A DNA stretch of 64,000 nucleotides from Chrysomallon squamiferum (GCA_012295275.1 CM022669.1:9796001-9860000), one strand, 5' to 3'. Shown: positions 43,801 through 57,519, numbered from the stretch's first letter. Translations and numbers: made by a program. Notes: generated from the letters alone by a model not told the origin.

Positions 43801-45905
43801 GATTTATAAATTATTTATTTCTTTGCTTTTTTTTTTTTTTTTTTTTTGCTTTATTATTTATTCAGTTGTAATTTATATAAAACATCTACACTTCAAATCA
43901 GTAATGCTTTAGCTGATGTAGATACTACTACATTAGTATTATTGAATCAGAAAGATTAACATTGCTCCGAATTCTGAATGTATAAATTTTGTTTTATATA
44001 AAAAAATTACAAATAGAAGTAAAATTAATTTGTAGGAGCTGGAAAGAAAAGCAGCAGAACTTCAAAAGAAGGAACAAGAAATGAAAAATGTCCAATTCAG
44101 AGGTATTTGTTTTACTGAATTATTGCTGCTTCAGTTTGTTGGATTTTTTTTTTTTTTTTTGTTCTCCTGTACATTACTGTTACTGTTTTAATTTGTTACC
44201 AATTTTGTTTAATTAACATTTTAATTTAAACAAATACGTGCTTGCTAGGAATCTGGTGGTTCCTTTCTTATTTATTTATTTATTTATTTTTCATTAATTT
44301 AGAAGAAAAGCAATCTTTTATTCAAATAAATTAATTAGAATGCTGAACATTTTCATTTGACATAAACTTTTTTTGTTGTGTTCATGCTTGAATTTTCAGC
44401 AGTTAATACACATATCTATTCTATTCATTTTCCTTTGTTTTTTGTGGGGTTTTTTCATATTGTGGTCTTAATTTATCTTTAGAATTTTTAAGTTTGTTTT
44501 TAAATCATAGGCACAAACAATGTAATTTGTACAGTGAAATATTACTAAATATTTATTCATTCTACATTTCAGACAGAAAAAATAACTGGCCTCCATTGCC
44601 CACCTGGTTTCCAGTTGGACCATGCTTCTATCAAGACTTCAGTGTAGATATTCCACTAGACTTTCAAAAAATTGTCAAATTTATATACTATATGTGGTGG
44701 TGTAAGTGTACTGCATTTTAAAAAATAACCATTTATTTATATTTTGATATTTGAAAGACAGTGTGTGATTTAAAACTTTTCTTCATTTCTAAACTGAAAG
44801 GAGTTAAGCATTTTTTCAATTTTAATAAAAAATAGTTAAATCTTTGATTTCCTTAGTACTTTGTTAAATTATATTTTATGATATTTAAATGTTTATTTAT
44901 GGATGTATAACTAAAATTGAAATCTTCATCTCTTTCACATTATTATCATTTTCCTCATCTCTTTTGAGATGGAAATTAACCTGTTTTTGAAACTAATTTA
45001 TTTTTTTCAATCATTTTACTTATTTTTATTTCTGTTTAATAATTTATTTTTTATTTATTATTTTTTTTTAACTTTAATAATAATAATATTAATAATAAAA
45101 ATAATAATGTGTTACAAATTCCAAATTTTATTTTATTTTTCAGTTCATGTATTTGTTTTGTTTCTGAACATTCTGGCAAGTCTTGCCTACTTTGTTGTGA
45201 ACGCCGATGGAGGCACTGTGTTTGGCTTGTCTATTCTTTGGTTTATTCTCTTCACACCTTGTTCATTCCTTTGCTGGTACAGACCACTGTACAAGGCTTT
45301 TCGGTAAGTAACCTCATTTAAGTAATTACTGTACACAAATATAGATACAGATATAAATATAGATTAGAGAGAGAGACAGAAAGATACACACACACACACA
45401 CATGGAAATACATATAAATGATAAAGGAACACAGATTGCCCATTTCATCATTAGTCAATTTAGTGTTATTTTACTGAGTCTGTATTTTTTGTTTATTTAT
45501 TTATTTATTTATTTGGTCAATTGGTCATGCAGTATTAAAAGGTTGATTTATTTGTGCTGTTTCAATGATAACAGCTCAAATAATCCCAAAACAGACAAGT
45601 CTGCAGTAATCTAGGAATGGTCAAAATAAAAAGAGTCACAGGTAGCAAAATTTCTTCACTATATATTTAAAAATTTTATCATTTTATTTTTCAGGAGTGA
45701 CAGTTCCTTCAATTTCTTTCTGTTTTTCTTTGTGTTTTTCTTCCAATTCTGTGTATACATTATCCAGTGTTTGGGCATCACCAACTTCACAGTGTAAGTA
45801 AAATTTTCAAAATCTATTGCTTTATACATTTTTTAAAATTATTTTCATGATTTATTAAAAGATAGAGGATAGATGACTTCATATTTCTGTTTTTAACCCT
45901 AGTTA

Positions 45906-45938
<33 letters not shown>

Positions 45939-48774
45939 GATAAATGTGTGTTTTCTCTTATATTAAATAACTGAAAGCGATTGTTTTTATTCACCAATAC
46001 AAGACAACAAAGAGATTCACATTCATCAGTTTTATTATTTTCAGCTGTTGTTACAGCATATTTGTTATGCACAATGCTGGACAAAGCTGAAAATATTCAC
46101 CATTCAGTTATTATGACTTCTTATTTTCTTAAATGAGTGTGTCATATCAGATGTCATACATTTTATATTGCAGTGGAATAATAACTGGCCTGACTACCGT
46201 TAAACTGAATGTTGCTGCAGGATTAATTATGATATTTATTGGCATCTTCTTTGGATTACTAGCCATTATTAGCTTTGCCTCCCTAGTGAAGGTATTTTCT
46301 AAGTGGGAGGTTATCTGTTGTGGAACCCTTTTACACAATTTAAGCCTGCAGTATTGTATGCCCGTTTTAACAAACATGAATGGATTGAATTCAACATCAT
46401 CACTTAAGGAAATAATAATCTTTCTCCAGCACTGGTTGTAGTTTCATTTCTAACAAAGATTGGGAAAACATTATTTTAATTCTCTCTTAACATGAATGCT
46501 TGCATTAATTTACAAATGATCTTTGTTATGTGTGTTTCTAATTCATAACCAAATTCATTTAATATGGATTATTTGTTCAGAATTTGATTTTGATACTGGC
46601 TATTAATTATTTGATATGTTTTCAGTAAAAATCAATGGATTAAAAATGAACTCAGGTTAAATAAAATAAAAGTAAACACTTATATGATTTGTGGAAGCAA
46701 ACCCTTCATGTTTGTTTTAAAACATCACGCATGTGTCGGTATTTTTAATTTACCTTTTTTTTTCTTTTTTTTCTAGCATCTACAGAATCAGATTCAGCTT
46801 TCTTTACCATTTTCTGTAAATTGTAATTATTAAAAATAAGAGGGAAAAAAAAAAGAAAAGAAAACCAAAATCAAAACCCCCCAAAAAACCAACCCCAGCA
46901 TAAATAATTTCTGAATCTGCTATTTTTTCACAGATTACAAAAAATGCATACTTGGAAAATATTTTAAAACCTTTTCATTCTAGACAGTTCTTTAACTGAA
47001 ATGTTAATAAACAATTAAAGGAAATCGTTTTTAAAAATATTTTACAGAATAATTTCATAATCCTGTTTTAAATTTAATAGGTAAACAAGCATCAACAACA
47101 AAATGATTGCAACCCCCCCCCACCAAAAAAAAAAATGCAAAGAAAATCTGGCTTTAGGGGGAAAATATTATCTTAATGAAAATGAAATGGTTCTGAAGGC
47201 AGAATGCTGAAAGCTTCTGTTAGATCTATTTTAGTAGAAGATGTTTTGTTTGTTGTAGAGGCTGGATGAATGGTATAAAGGTTGCATCCAAGGATAATGT
47301 AGGGGCTGGAGCAGTCATGCTTTTTGTTGCATTCTTTATGTCATTACAAGCTGTGGCAACAATGATAATGTTAATTAAGGTAATATGGAAGATATGAAGC
47401 AAAAATAATTAATCTTACCAGATGTTTTTGATAGTCACAGTTTTATTTGTCTGTTTTTTTTGTCCAGTTTTTAATTTTCTGTTTATTTAAATAGTCAGTG
47501 GAATTCAGTGCATTTCTTATGTAAATAACTTAATATAATTATAAGGAGCAGTATTAACAGAAGAAAAAAAATGAAAAAAAATGCTTAATTTATTTATTTA
47601 TTTTGAATTTTTTATTTTGTTTTACTTTGGATATTATTAGTAAATTCAACCTTTTTTTTTTTTGAGGGGGTAGCAAGTCTTTCTGTTCATGTTTTATTTG
47701 ATTAATTAACTTTATTTACTTAAAAAATTATTATTATTTATTTATTCAACAAATTTATTATTTTATTATTTTTTTATTATTTATTTTTTTCTTGTTTATT
47801 TATTTATTCATTTATTTTGTAAGTTTTTATTAGGTTTTGGTGATATTAGTAGTAAATATTATTGTTTATGGAGGCAACATTGGTTACTGTTTTTGTTTAA
47901 TTAACTTTTTTTAAATTATATACTATTCTATACTATTACTATTATTATTATTAATATCATTATTGCTGTTATTATTATTGTTATTTGTTTGCTGTTGTTT
48001 TTTTTTTACTGGTTTTTCTTAGTGTTGTTATTTGGTTGTTTTTCATAACTGGTACAAAACTCAGATACCCTTTCTCCTCCATTGTGTTGATATGAAAGTC
48101 AGAATGTGTGTGTATTTTATTTATAAAGACCAAAGCTGCTGTACATGTATATACAAATATGCACTGGCTTTCTATTCTATTTATCACTCAGTATGTAAAT
48201 GTTGTTCTTCTTCCATTGCTGTATTTTTAATATTGTGTAACTTGTGGTTGCATGGTTAGGCAAAGAAGGATGTTTAAGAAACATTTCTTCATTTGAATTT
48301 TGGTTGGTTTATTTCTCAAATGGTAATTAGTTTTGATAATTGTAAATATTGATAAAAATTGTAATAATTTAAACAGATTAAATTATATTGTGTTCACAGG
48401 AATTTAAGAAATAAACACATTTTAAAAATATGTATATTTATAAATAAAAATAAAAATTTAAAAGCAAAGAAATTTATTTAAAAAAATAAAGAAAAAAAAT
48501 AAAATAAAATTGCATTTTTTTTCTTCAAAAATGGCATTATTATTGTTGCTGTATTTAATTCTTGTTGTGTCCATTTTTCCCTTCATGCATGTTCTCTTCT
48601 TTGAAGGTGCATCGGATCTACCGTAGCACTGGTGCTAGTTTCCAGAAAGCTCAAGCTGAGTTTGCACAAGGAGTGATGAGAAACGAAACTGTGCAGAACG
48701 TAGCCTCTGATGCTGCGGCTGGTGCAGCAAGGGGTGCCGTGTCCCAGTATGGATCAGGAGGAAATCGTTACTGA
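37290..48774 (+). CDS. SCAMP1: Secretory carrier-associated membrane protein (SCAMP1-like), 348/349 aa depending on exon 8
   Basis: Exons 37290-37346, 37954-38058, 39692-39835, 44036-44102, 44573-44701, 45144-45303, 45695-45793, [46174-46291 or 47259-47379], 48607-48774. All GT-AG and in phase. [11 protein letters not shown] start with three NPF motifs, PPPPY, coiled coil [28 protein letters not shown]-peptide [19 protein letters not shown], and [20 protein letters not shown]. Confidence 0.96.
42470..43680 (+). promoter_or_regulatory. CpG-retaining island in SCAMP intron 3, candidate internal promoter
   Basis: Many CpGs against strongly CpG-poor flanks. Motif cluster GCGCATGTCG, GTCACGTAA, GTCGACGTCAG and ATCGCGCC at about 43530-43595, 440-500 bp upstream of exon 4. 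Confidence 0.45.
46174..46291 (+). CDS. SCAMP1: SCAMP alternative exon 8A
   Basis: ttgcag|...AAG|gtattt, 118 nt, phase 2->0, encodes [39 protein letters not shown]. Confidence 0.85.
47259..47379 (+). CDS. SCAMP1: SCAMP alternative exon 8B (not in the ORF track)
   Basis: ttttgtttgttgtag|...AAG|gtaata, 121 nt, phase 2->0, encodes [40 protein letters not shown], which aligns with 8A. Confidence 0.85.
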
Positions 48775-51700
48775 GAAACGATCTTAGGATGATGTAAAAC
48801 AAGACTCCACATGAGTGCAGATAAAAAAAAAAGAAGGGCATTGCTTACATCGAGAGCCAACAAGCTGAAACTGTCGTTTCCAGGAGACAATTTGACTTCT
48901 TTTTTTTAAAATTATTTTTACTTCTTATTAGGATTTGTTGGCTCTGTAAGTCCAAATGCTGGATTATTATTTAATTTAAACTAAAGCCTGGTTAGAACTA
49001 GTATGACGCAAGTCTGATAAAGTGGATTTTTTTTTTTTTTTTAAATTATCATTTATTTGCTAATTAGTTTAAAAAGGACTAATTTAAGAATTGGGAACTG
49101 GCTCTCTGTAGTACCAGATTAGTATTAATTGCTGAACTGTCCAAAGTTATAAATGATTTACCATTTTCTGTGTTAAACTGTGATGATTATTGCAGTACAG
49201 TGTTTCATAAAGGCATGCTTAAATTAAGTGTTTGTATAAAGGGGAGAATAAAAGGAAAACATTTATTTAAAATGCAGTCATTTTATTATTATTGTTATTA
49301 TTAATATTGTTGGCAAGAGGTTCTGATAAAAGAAAATATTAAAATTTTTAAGATATTACATTTTCTTTTAAATTACTGCGCTTAAGTAGATATAGATATT
49401 TGTATCTACTTGTCATCGTCATCACAGTTTACATTTATTATTTATAAAATAGAAAAATTACTTCATTTTGTCGTCATTGAAAATTCTGTCACTATATAAA
49501 ATGTCACATTAACAAAATAAGCTAGTGTTTGTGTGAGTAACTACTTAACTTGTCATTCCTTTTCCTTTTAATTACTGAATTTGTCTTTGTAATATTTCTA
49601 TTCAAATAGATAAATAAATAATAAGGTTGTAAACTGTTAATATTGGTGATGTTTGCTTTAACTTCTATATTAATTTTATTAAAATTATACACTAGAAAAT
49701 GTAATACTTGATTTGAAGTAATCATTTGTAAATTTAGCTACAACAGATTGATCTCTGGTTACCCGACTATTCTTTGATAAACTGGCATAAATTTAGTTTA
49801 GTCATTGTTGCGGTTATTATTTTGACTTTTTACAGTTAATTATCTGAAATATATTTTGTTAGCTCATTGATGAAGAAGACTGAGAAGGTAAAATGTGCAG
49901 TTGAGAAATTTGAAAGCAGAGTTAAAGAAAAACAGATAATTGTATTTAACAATTGTCTGTATATATCATCATTGTGTATATTTTGTCTGTTTCAAACTAT
50001 TTTGCTTAAAAACAAAAAATTACAGTATAGCATATTAAATAAACACATTGGAGAGAAATCCTTTTAAAGTCAATATTAATTTCCTGTGATGTGTAAGTAT
50101 TGTGTATTTATTAGGTGATGGATGATAACAAAATATACTGTGAATCTTTTTTATTATTTTATTTTATTTTATTCAAAAAATTATTTATATATATAATTAT
50201 TCACAAGGGATTTGGTTTGCAAGATATTACTATCCTTTGCTTTTAGTATTTTTAACTTTTTAGAATATCCATAGAGACACCAAAAGACATTATTCAGGCT
50301 TATTTATAAGCTTATTTCTAAAGCTTAAATAATTAAAATGTTAACCAGAAACAAAAAAATAAATTGTTAAATTTTCACAGATGATTTAGCACATACTTAC
50401 TTCTGAGTAAGCAAGCAATATAAAAAATTAAAAGACTTTTGGGCATTACAGGTGTTCATATTTGATATGACTTAATTGTTTTTATTAGAATTTAATGTAT
50501 CAGTAGACTATTTACTTACCATCAGATAAAAAGCTTACATATATGGAAATGCAGTTTTGAATTGGTTACATTTATCATTTAATTTGAGGAGAGAGTGGAA
50601 AAAATTTCAACACTATTTCTTTCCTTTTGCCATTTGCGTTAGCTACAATCTTCCTAAATTGTTATTTATTTGTTGCTAGCAATATATTCACTGTTGACAA
50701 AGATTTTCATTTGACACTTTTGGTCATTACTGAAATAAGTTATGATAAAAAAAAAAATGATGTTTTACATTATTCATCATGGGCAGTGTAAATGTTTTGG
50801 CACCCTTTTCCATTTGTATACTTACAGAATGTATATTAAGACACTGCTGTCTCAGAATAATTTAGAGACAAATGTCATCCACTTGTAATAATTACATTGC
50901 TTAGTTGTTTCTGCCATTAACAGGTATTTATTTAGTTAAAAAAAAAAAAAAAAAAAAAGATTAAATGTTTGCATTGGAAATATTGTGCTTTTGTTAGTGT
51001 TGTTACATTAATGTGGGGAAAAATATTAATTGTATATGTTGGTATTGTTAGAGTATTGGTCAAGTAATTATTGGTAGCTTAATTAGAATACTGCAATTTA
51101 GTCTTTAACATTTGTACAGTAACCCTGTAACCAATTCTTCACATCTCCCTGTACCCATTGTCGTCCTTGTGCATTTACATTATTTGTACTTTTTTGATGT
51201 GGGTTTCTATTAAATTTTTACATTGTTTTTCGTACAAAGAAGCTGGATACAATGTTTTAAAATAAGGCAGACAGAATAAAAATACAGATAACCTTTTTTT
51301 TTTTTTTAATTTGTTTTATGAGTAGTATTTTCCTATTAAATAAACTCATTGTTTTAAAGGGGGTAAAAACAAAAAGAATCAAAAATCATATTGTACTAAA
51401 TTAAAATGTGCATTTTCTAGAAAATGTATATAGTTGTTACCTGAATTTGTCTGCATTAGTTTGTTATAGCTTATCTATTGCTTCATAGATATTAAATGTA
51501 ATAATATATAAAAATGATATAAAAAAAATTAAAGCAACCATATAATCAGGTTAATATGGAATACTGGATTCAGTTAGTTTTGATTTTATTTCCAAATTTT
51601 CCATCAACAAAATAGTTGTTACTATTCATTTACACCAAGTGTTGTAAATATATAATATCTGCACATCTGATGGAGACACCATCTTGTGTTTTTGTATGAA

Positions 51701-51813
51701 TGATGCACTACGTACAAGCTTGTTTAATTTAGAATTATTTCTTTTTATTTCTTGTCAGTTGTATACGTATTTCGAAAGCTAAATGAATGCCTGTCACATG
51801 TTAAGTAATCATG

Positions 51814-51819
51814 AATAAA
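51814..51819 (+). terminator. Candidate SCAMP polyadenylation signal (3'UTR about 3 kb)
   Basis: AATAAA with upstream TGTA motifs and a downstream T-rich tract. Other AATAAA occur earlier, so the site is uncertain. Confidence 0.35.
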
Positions 51820-53886
51820 CTGTGAATATGTAAAATTACAATTTTTTCTTCTTATCCATTTGTTTTTAAGCATACAAAATTTATTTTAAACACTCCAGTA
51901 CTATTTTACAATAATGCTACAGTATCCCATCCCATCAGTGGCTCACTTTCAGATATATATTCATATTTGAAAATAAATGGATAACTTATTTTATTACCGA
52001 TTAGATTTATGCTCAATTACATGATAAATCCTTATTCATACCATGATATACATGCACACAAACACACACAAAAAAAAAAAAAAAAAGAAACAATATTTAA
52101 TTAAAAGAAACTATTCAGAATCATCAAAACACATTTAATAACTGATTTAATGTCTTATGTTGAAATAAACTGCCAAAAGAGATTCTGTTTCTGACCAGCA
52201 TTTCTTGCCATTTTTTTGAGGTAATTTTTATTATTGCATTGTTTTATGGACAGTGATTTCCAAATGACAAATTTTTTTAATGAATGAATGAATATATAAT
52301 AGCATATACAGAGTTACATAAATAATAAATTATCATATAAGTTGGTATGGAATGGTAAAATAAAAATATGCTTTCACAGGTAATTAAAGTTGTACACACA
52401 ATTGACGAAGTATTTTACAATGCAGGAAACACAAAAAATAAACTACCATCAAACAAGAACAAAGTAGTTTGACAGTAAATCATTTTTTTGATCAGTTAAA
52501 ATCAACTTTTATGTTCTTTCTTTCTTTAAACAGAACTACAGTAATATATATTTTGTCTCATAGAACCTTCCTCCTGTTTCAAGCTACACAAACCACATGC
52601 AAATAAAGATTTTAATCCACAATCTTATTAACATTCATGAATAATTAAATGCCCTGGAAAACAAGAAAATTCATGGTTTCATGTTCTTGGAAAGCATACA
52701 AATACAATTGCTTAGTCTGTGCCCTATAATTTACTGCTGCAAATGATAAAAAGTAACTGAACTGAACAGTTACAAAATTAAAACCACAATTACTGACTAG
52801 TAACAGGCCAGTATAAACTAAATGTAATGGTAGAACAGTAGTATGTAAATTCAAAATAAAAACAACTGAAATAAAAATGACTATAAACTTCTAAAAATGT
52901 AAAAGAATGAAAGATCTTAAATGAGGTATTGTTTTAATTTATATAATGGAGGTATAAGGTATAGCTAATAATAATATAATAAAAATTATTGTAATGATTG
53001 TTACATTTAAAGAACTTAAGTTTATATATCACATTACAAGTTAATACTTTATTACAGTTTTGTTCAATTGTTTTGAGTTGTACATAGAAAAAAAATTATA
53101 TTGAGGGTACAGAATGCTTTTCCTCTTTCAAGTTTCCTAAAAATTATTATGAAACCAGTATTAACCCTGAATGAACTAGCATTTTTATTTTGCTGCCTTC
53201 ATGACTATTACTATTCAAATAACCAATTAAACTAAATTAACAGATACTTTAGCCACACTTTTAGTCATGAAATAATTTTGTTTAAATGGTGAAAATAAAA
53301 GTATCTTTCTTAAAAACAAAAAAAAAACTTAATACATAGCTAATTTTGTATGCTGTTTGGGATTTTACAAAAGTTAAATGAATACAAATAATATATTTTA
53401 TCTCCAGTAATGAAAATAAAAAAAATGAAAGGTATATCGTCAAGAAATTTTAACACTAAAATAGCAGTTTTAACTGAAAAATAATTTCAGATGCTTAAAT
53501 ATAAAGCATAAATTAATAAATAGGTATGACGGATCATGGTATTAACTATTTCTTCTATTATTTTTGTTAAATGTCTTTGAAAACAGCACCTCAATAACTT
53601 GTCCTGTAAAACATCTAATATTCTTGTATTCTCATACAACGTAATATGAAACTTGTATTTTGCATACTGTTTTCTATCCATAATATTTTTACAACCATGT
53701 ATCTAAATATTCATTTTCTTAACAATGAATTATTCCAAAAATAAACTCTTTAAAATTAATTTGAAAAATATTAAGTATATTTAAAGAAACATCACTTCAA
53801 TTAAATGTATGAACTGAACTATCAAAGGTATTAGTATTAAATATAAAATAATTATTAACTGTCTGTTGATACAACATGTTGTCTGG

Positions 53887-54364
53887 TTACTTCAACAGAC
53901 GCTTCAGTTTGCCCTGTCTATGAAGTGTCTCCATTTCTGTGCCACCACCAATACATTTTCCATTGATAAAAACACGTGGAACCTGTAAATGAAAATTATA
54001 ATTATTATTTAAGAACGTTTTTAATTATCTAATAATAATAATAATTGAAAAAACATAATAATAATAAATAAATTAAAAAAAAAATAATAATAATTAAAAA
54101 ATAAATAAGAAAGAAAGAAGAAATGCATTATGTCTACATACAAAAAGGGTAATTATAATTAAGAGAAGTTGGATTTTACCATTTTTGTGGTTAATGTAAC
54201 TTTTTCACGATAAATCAAATTATGAAAATAATAATTATTATTATAAAAGTAAAGAAAAAAAAGATTTGCCATGTTTACTTTTTATTATTATTTTATTGAT
54301 ATTATTTTTCTTCATTTTTTCTTCCTATTTCTTTTCTTTTCTTATTTTATATATACATATACAT

Positions 54365-54398
<34 letters not shown>

Positions 54399-54872
54399 TA
54401 TGTTTGAGATTTTCACTAAACTTATCAAGTTGAGTCCTCTGCCTACGTGCAACCAATTACATGCTTCACTGATGTTACGACCATTCTTAACATTAAATTT
54501 TAGCCCGTTGTTTCCATAATTTTCGATAAACTTTAGATTTAATATTAATGTTGTGTCTAAAAATACATCAAAAAATAATTTCAAAATAATAATAACATAA
54601 ATACATTTAAAAAAAAAAAATTAGTAAATAAAATAATGTTAAAATACCGTTCGCTCGCCGGTCATTGACCACAAATAGTCCTGAATATTTTGTCCTTCCG
54701 GATGACCATCGAGTTCCATAACTTCATAGTCCATTTCGTCCAATTCTTTCCCTAAGTAATTTCTTATTATATCTTTCGCCATATTACAATACGGGCAAAA
54801 TCTTTTCGAAAATACTACCACTTTTTTATTTGCTATTTTTTTGTCAACGATACTTCGTGCTTCTTCAGACAT
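53887..54872 (-). CDS. GLRX: Dithiol glutaredoxin (Grx1-like), 2 exons, 106 aa
   Basis: Exons 54648-54872 (MSEEARSIVDKKIANKKVVVFSKRFCPYC...TGERT) and 53887-53982 (VPRVFINGKCIGGGTEMETLHRQGKLKRLLK*). CPYC active site, TVP and GG motifs, GT-AG phase 0 intron. Confidence 0.95.
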
Positions 54873-55677
54873 AGTGGCGATCAAACGTGGAAAGAATCTA
54901 GGTGGATACCGTTGTCATTCAATAATACATTTACACTACAGCGTTAAAACTGTATTATGTTTGTTTATATTTCAAATGCGCATGACAAAGTATATACAAC
55001 CGGGTCAAACGGCACGCTCTATTTGAAGAATACATAGCGATGACACAGAAAATGTGTAATTATAATGACCTCATTAATTGTGAACGTGCGTGCGCGCGCG
55101 TCTGTATGCAAACGTTTTTTACTAAAATTCCTATTTTAAATATGTTAAAGGTATTAAAAATTATTTTTTGTGCCAAACTAATTTGTTTAATGCTTCTTAA
55201 ATATTCTATCATAAATGTGCACCGCTTTCACCCATTAATTATCATTCCCCAACTGATAATCCATATGTTTCACCATAAACACTATGTCAGTCTATATCTC
55301 TGTATCTCTCTAACCTAAGACAATTTCCCAGTTAACTTACCCAACTGAGTTTTAATTGTCATTGAGTCCTTGACCTATTCTATGGGTTCTTTAAATGTCT
55401 CAATTATCATTTTCTTTAAGAACCCATTCTCTAATAGACCCATTCAAAGGATAATCCCTTCTCTTTACGTCCTCAGATCTATCCCTTTATCTTATCCTAT
55501 ATATGGCTTCCCAGATGGCTTATAACTTAATTACCCATGATATCAGTATAAAAGATGTGAGGGAGCACCATTCCTGAGAATCATTAGTGCCATCATTAGA
55601 ATAAATACAAAAAACATATGAATAAAATTACTATGGAGGTCATCAACAGTCAGGAAGGTGGATCAAATGACAGCCAC

Positions 55678-55925
55678 CGAACGAACAACATTTGTGAAGC
55701 GTGGAACAATAAGTTTTTCTGTCTGGAAAGTTATCCAGTGGTTCCAGCGTGAAGAATCCACTATACGCGCCGTTCTTAAAACAGGATGCAGTTGGGACCC
55801 CCTGAAGAAGCGCAAGAACAAGGATCATATTCGCCTCCAGTGGAAAATCAAATCCTTTGCCAGGACCATGTCAGTAGTTCCAAGTCCATTCCTGAATTTT
55901 TGGCTGGAGTCGGACACAACATTTG
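55678..55925 (+). mobile_element. Degenerate Mutator-like (MULE) DNA transposase C-terminal fragment
   Basis: Across shifted frames it reads RTNNICEAWNNKF / SVWKVIQWFQREESTIRAVLK / QDAVG / PLKKRKNKDHIRLQWKIKS / LCQDHVSSSKSIPEFLAGVGHNI. This resembles the RTNNxxExWNN...IWxxI...FLxGVGHNI tail of invertebrate MULE transposases. Multiple frameshifts. Confidence 0.75.
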
Positions 55926-56974
55926 TATTACCAAGTGCTTATGAGAATGAATTTGTTGTGAATAAAACTGTTTCTTTCTTTTCGTTTCTTTTTTTTCCTA
56001 GCCAAAATTGTTTCTTTCTTTCCTGTTTCTTTTTTTTTTTCCCAATCTCTTGCTTTCCGTTTACGCAAACGTTGTTAGGTTTCCGTTATCATTACATTGT
56101 TGTAACATTTTACTCAACTTTAAGGCTATAACCGTATATTAGAATTTCTTTGTTTCTTTGTCGCTTTCTTTTTACTTTTTTTTTTTCTTTTATCCTCTTT
56201 TTGTTATTATTATTTTTTTCATAGTGTAAAATTAAATTACTTTAATCATAACAAAACTAAACTGATCATTAGTTTTTCAGTTATACTTAATTGTAACACA
56301 GCTAAATAATGTTAATTATCTGAAATGATATATTATGAATGATACGAAGAATTAATCTCGCTCTTAGTTTTCTTCTTCATTTTGATAAAGTAAAAAGGAA
56401 ACAAAAAAGAAGCAAAACGTGAACTATATATGTATATATAAATATTTAAAATAGTTTTCGTTGTTCTTATATATATGTTTGCTTGTTTATTGAAATTAAT
56501 AGAAAAACAAACCACGGTATAGTCGATGCATGTTACAGATAAGGAGCAAGTAGTTTTTTACATACCGCATCCCACATGCATAAAGACGTGTATCACGAAC
56601 TTTGACAAATTAGTTGTGGAACATTGCTTTTACAGTGTTATATTAACAGGAATGGGAAACAGCCAACCTGCACATCGAGACAGATCTAGTCTATCATAAA
56701 TTCTAACCACAGGTCTGCATTCTTTTCCTTTTTGTACGATGGCTTGCAATTAACATTTGCCTATGTACCAACTTCCATACTGATTTCCCATACATTTGTT
56801 TTCAAGGTTGTATTAATTGTGTTCACCGCATTTCTAGATAAATAAAATAATATTTTTGTTTATGTTTTATTTTATACCCCTTCATAATTCATTCCTTGAT
56901 ATGGTGAAGTATTTCTCTGTGATCCAAAGAACTGTTTCAGAAGGAGTATTGTTTTCTATTGGGGACACCAAAAC

Positions 56975-57026
56975 TGGACAGGTCATTGAGTAGAGGCTGG
57001 ACAGGTCATTGAGTAGAGGCTAGACA
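56975..57026. repeat. 23-bp tandem duplication
   Basis: ctggacaggtcattgagtagagg x2 plus a partial third copy. Confidence 0.9.
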
Positions 57027-57209
57027 GATATGGACTGAGGATATGAACCTAAACAAAAACATCCAGTGTTGAAGTCGACTTGGGCCGTACGGCGCATTCT
57101 AACAGACCACAACACTATGCATCAACAGCTTTTATTATTATTATTATTATTATTAGCAGTAGTAACAGTAGTGGTAGTAGTAGTAGTAGTCACTGAAATA
57201 TGTTTTATT

Positions 57210-57274
<65 letters not shown>

Positions 57275-57519
57275 TTTGTGTGTTACTCTATGTATGTATA
57301 ATCGCACTTTACTTTTCCTGGCTGCTTTTAACTTTACATTTTTTTCCATCCGTGCCTACTACCTGCTAATTTATACATTTTAAAATATAAAGTAGCTGAT
57401 AAATGTTGCAAAATGAAACGAAATAGTTATGACAACTAAGTGAACAAAAAACAAAAACACTATTAAGACTTGTGTGCTCGAAATAGTAAGGCGGTGTGAG
57501 CGTAAAAGAAGATTTCTAA

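Noticed and set aside
48032-48259. Possible third alternative exon 8 of SCAMP
   Set aside because: No phase-2 acceptor/phase-0 donor pair and no similarity to 8A or 8B.
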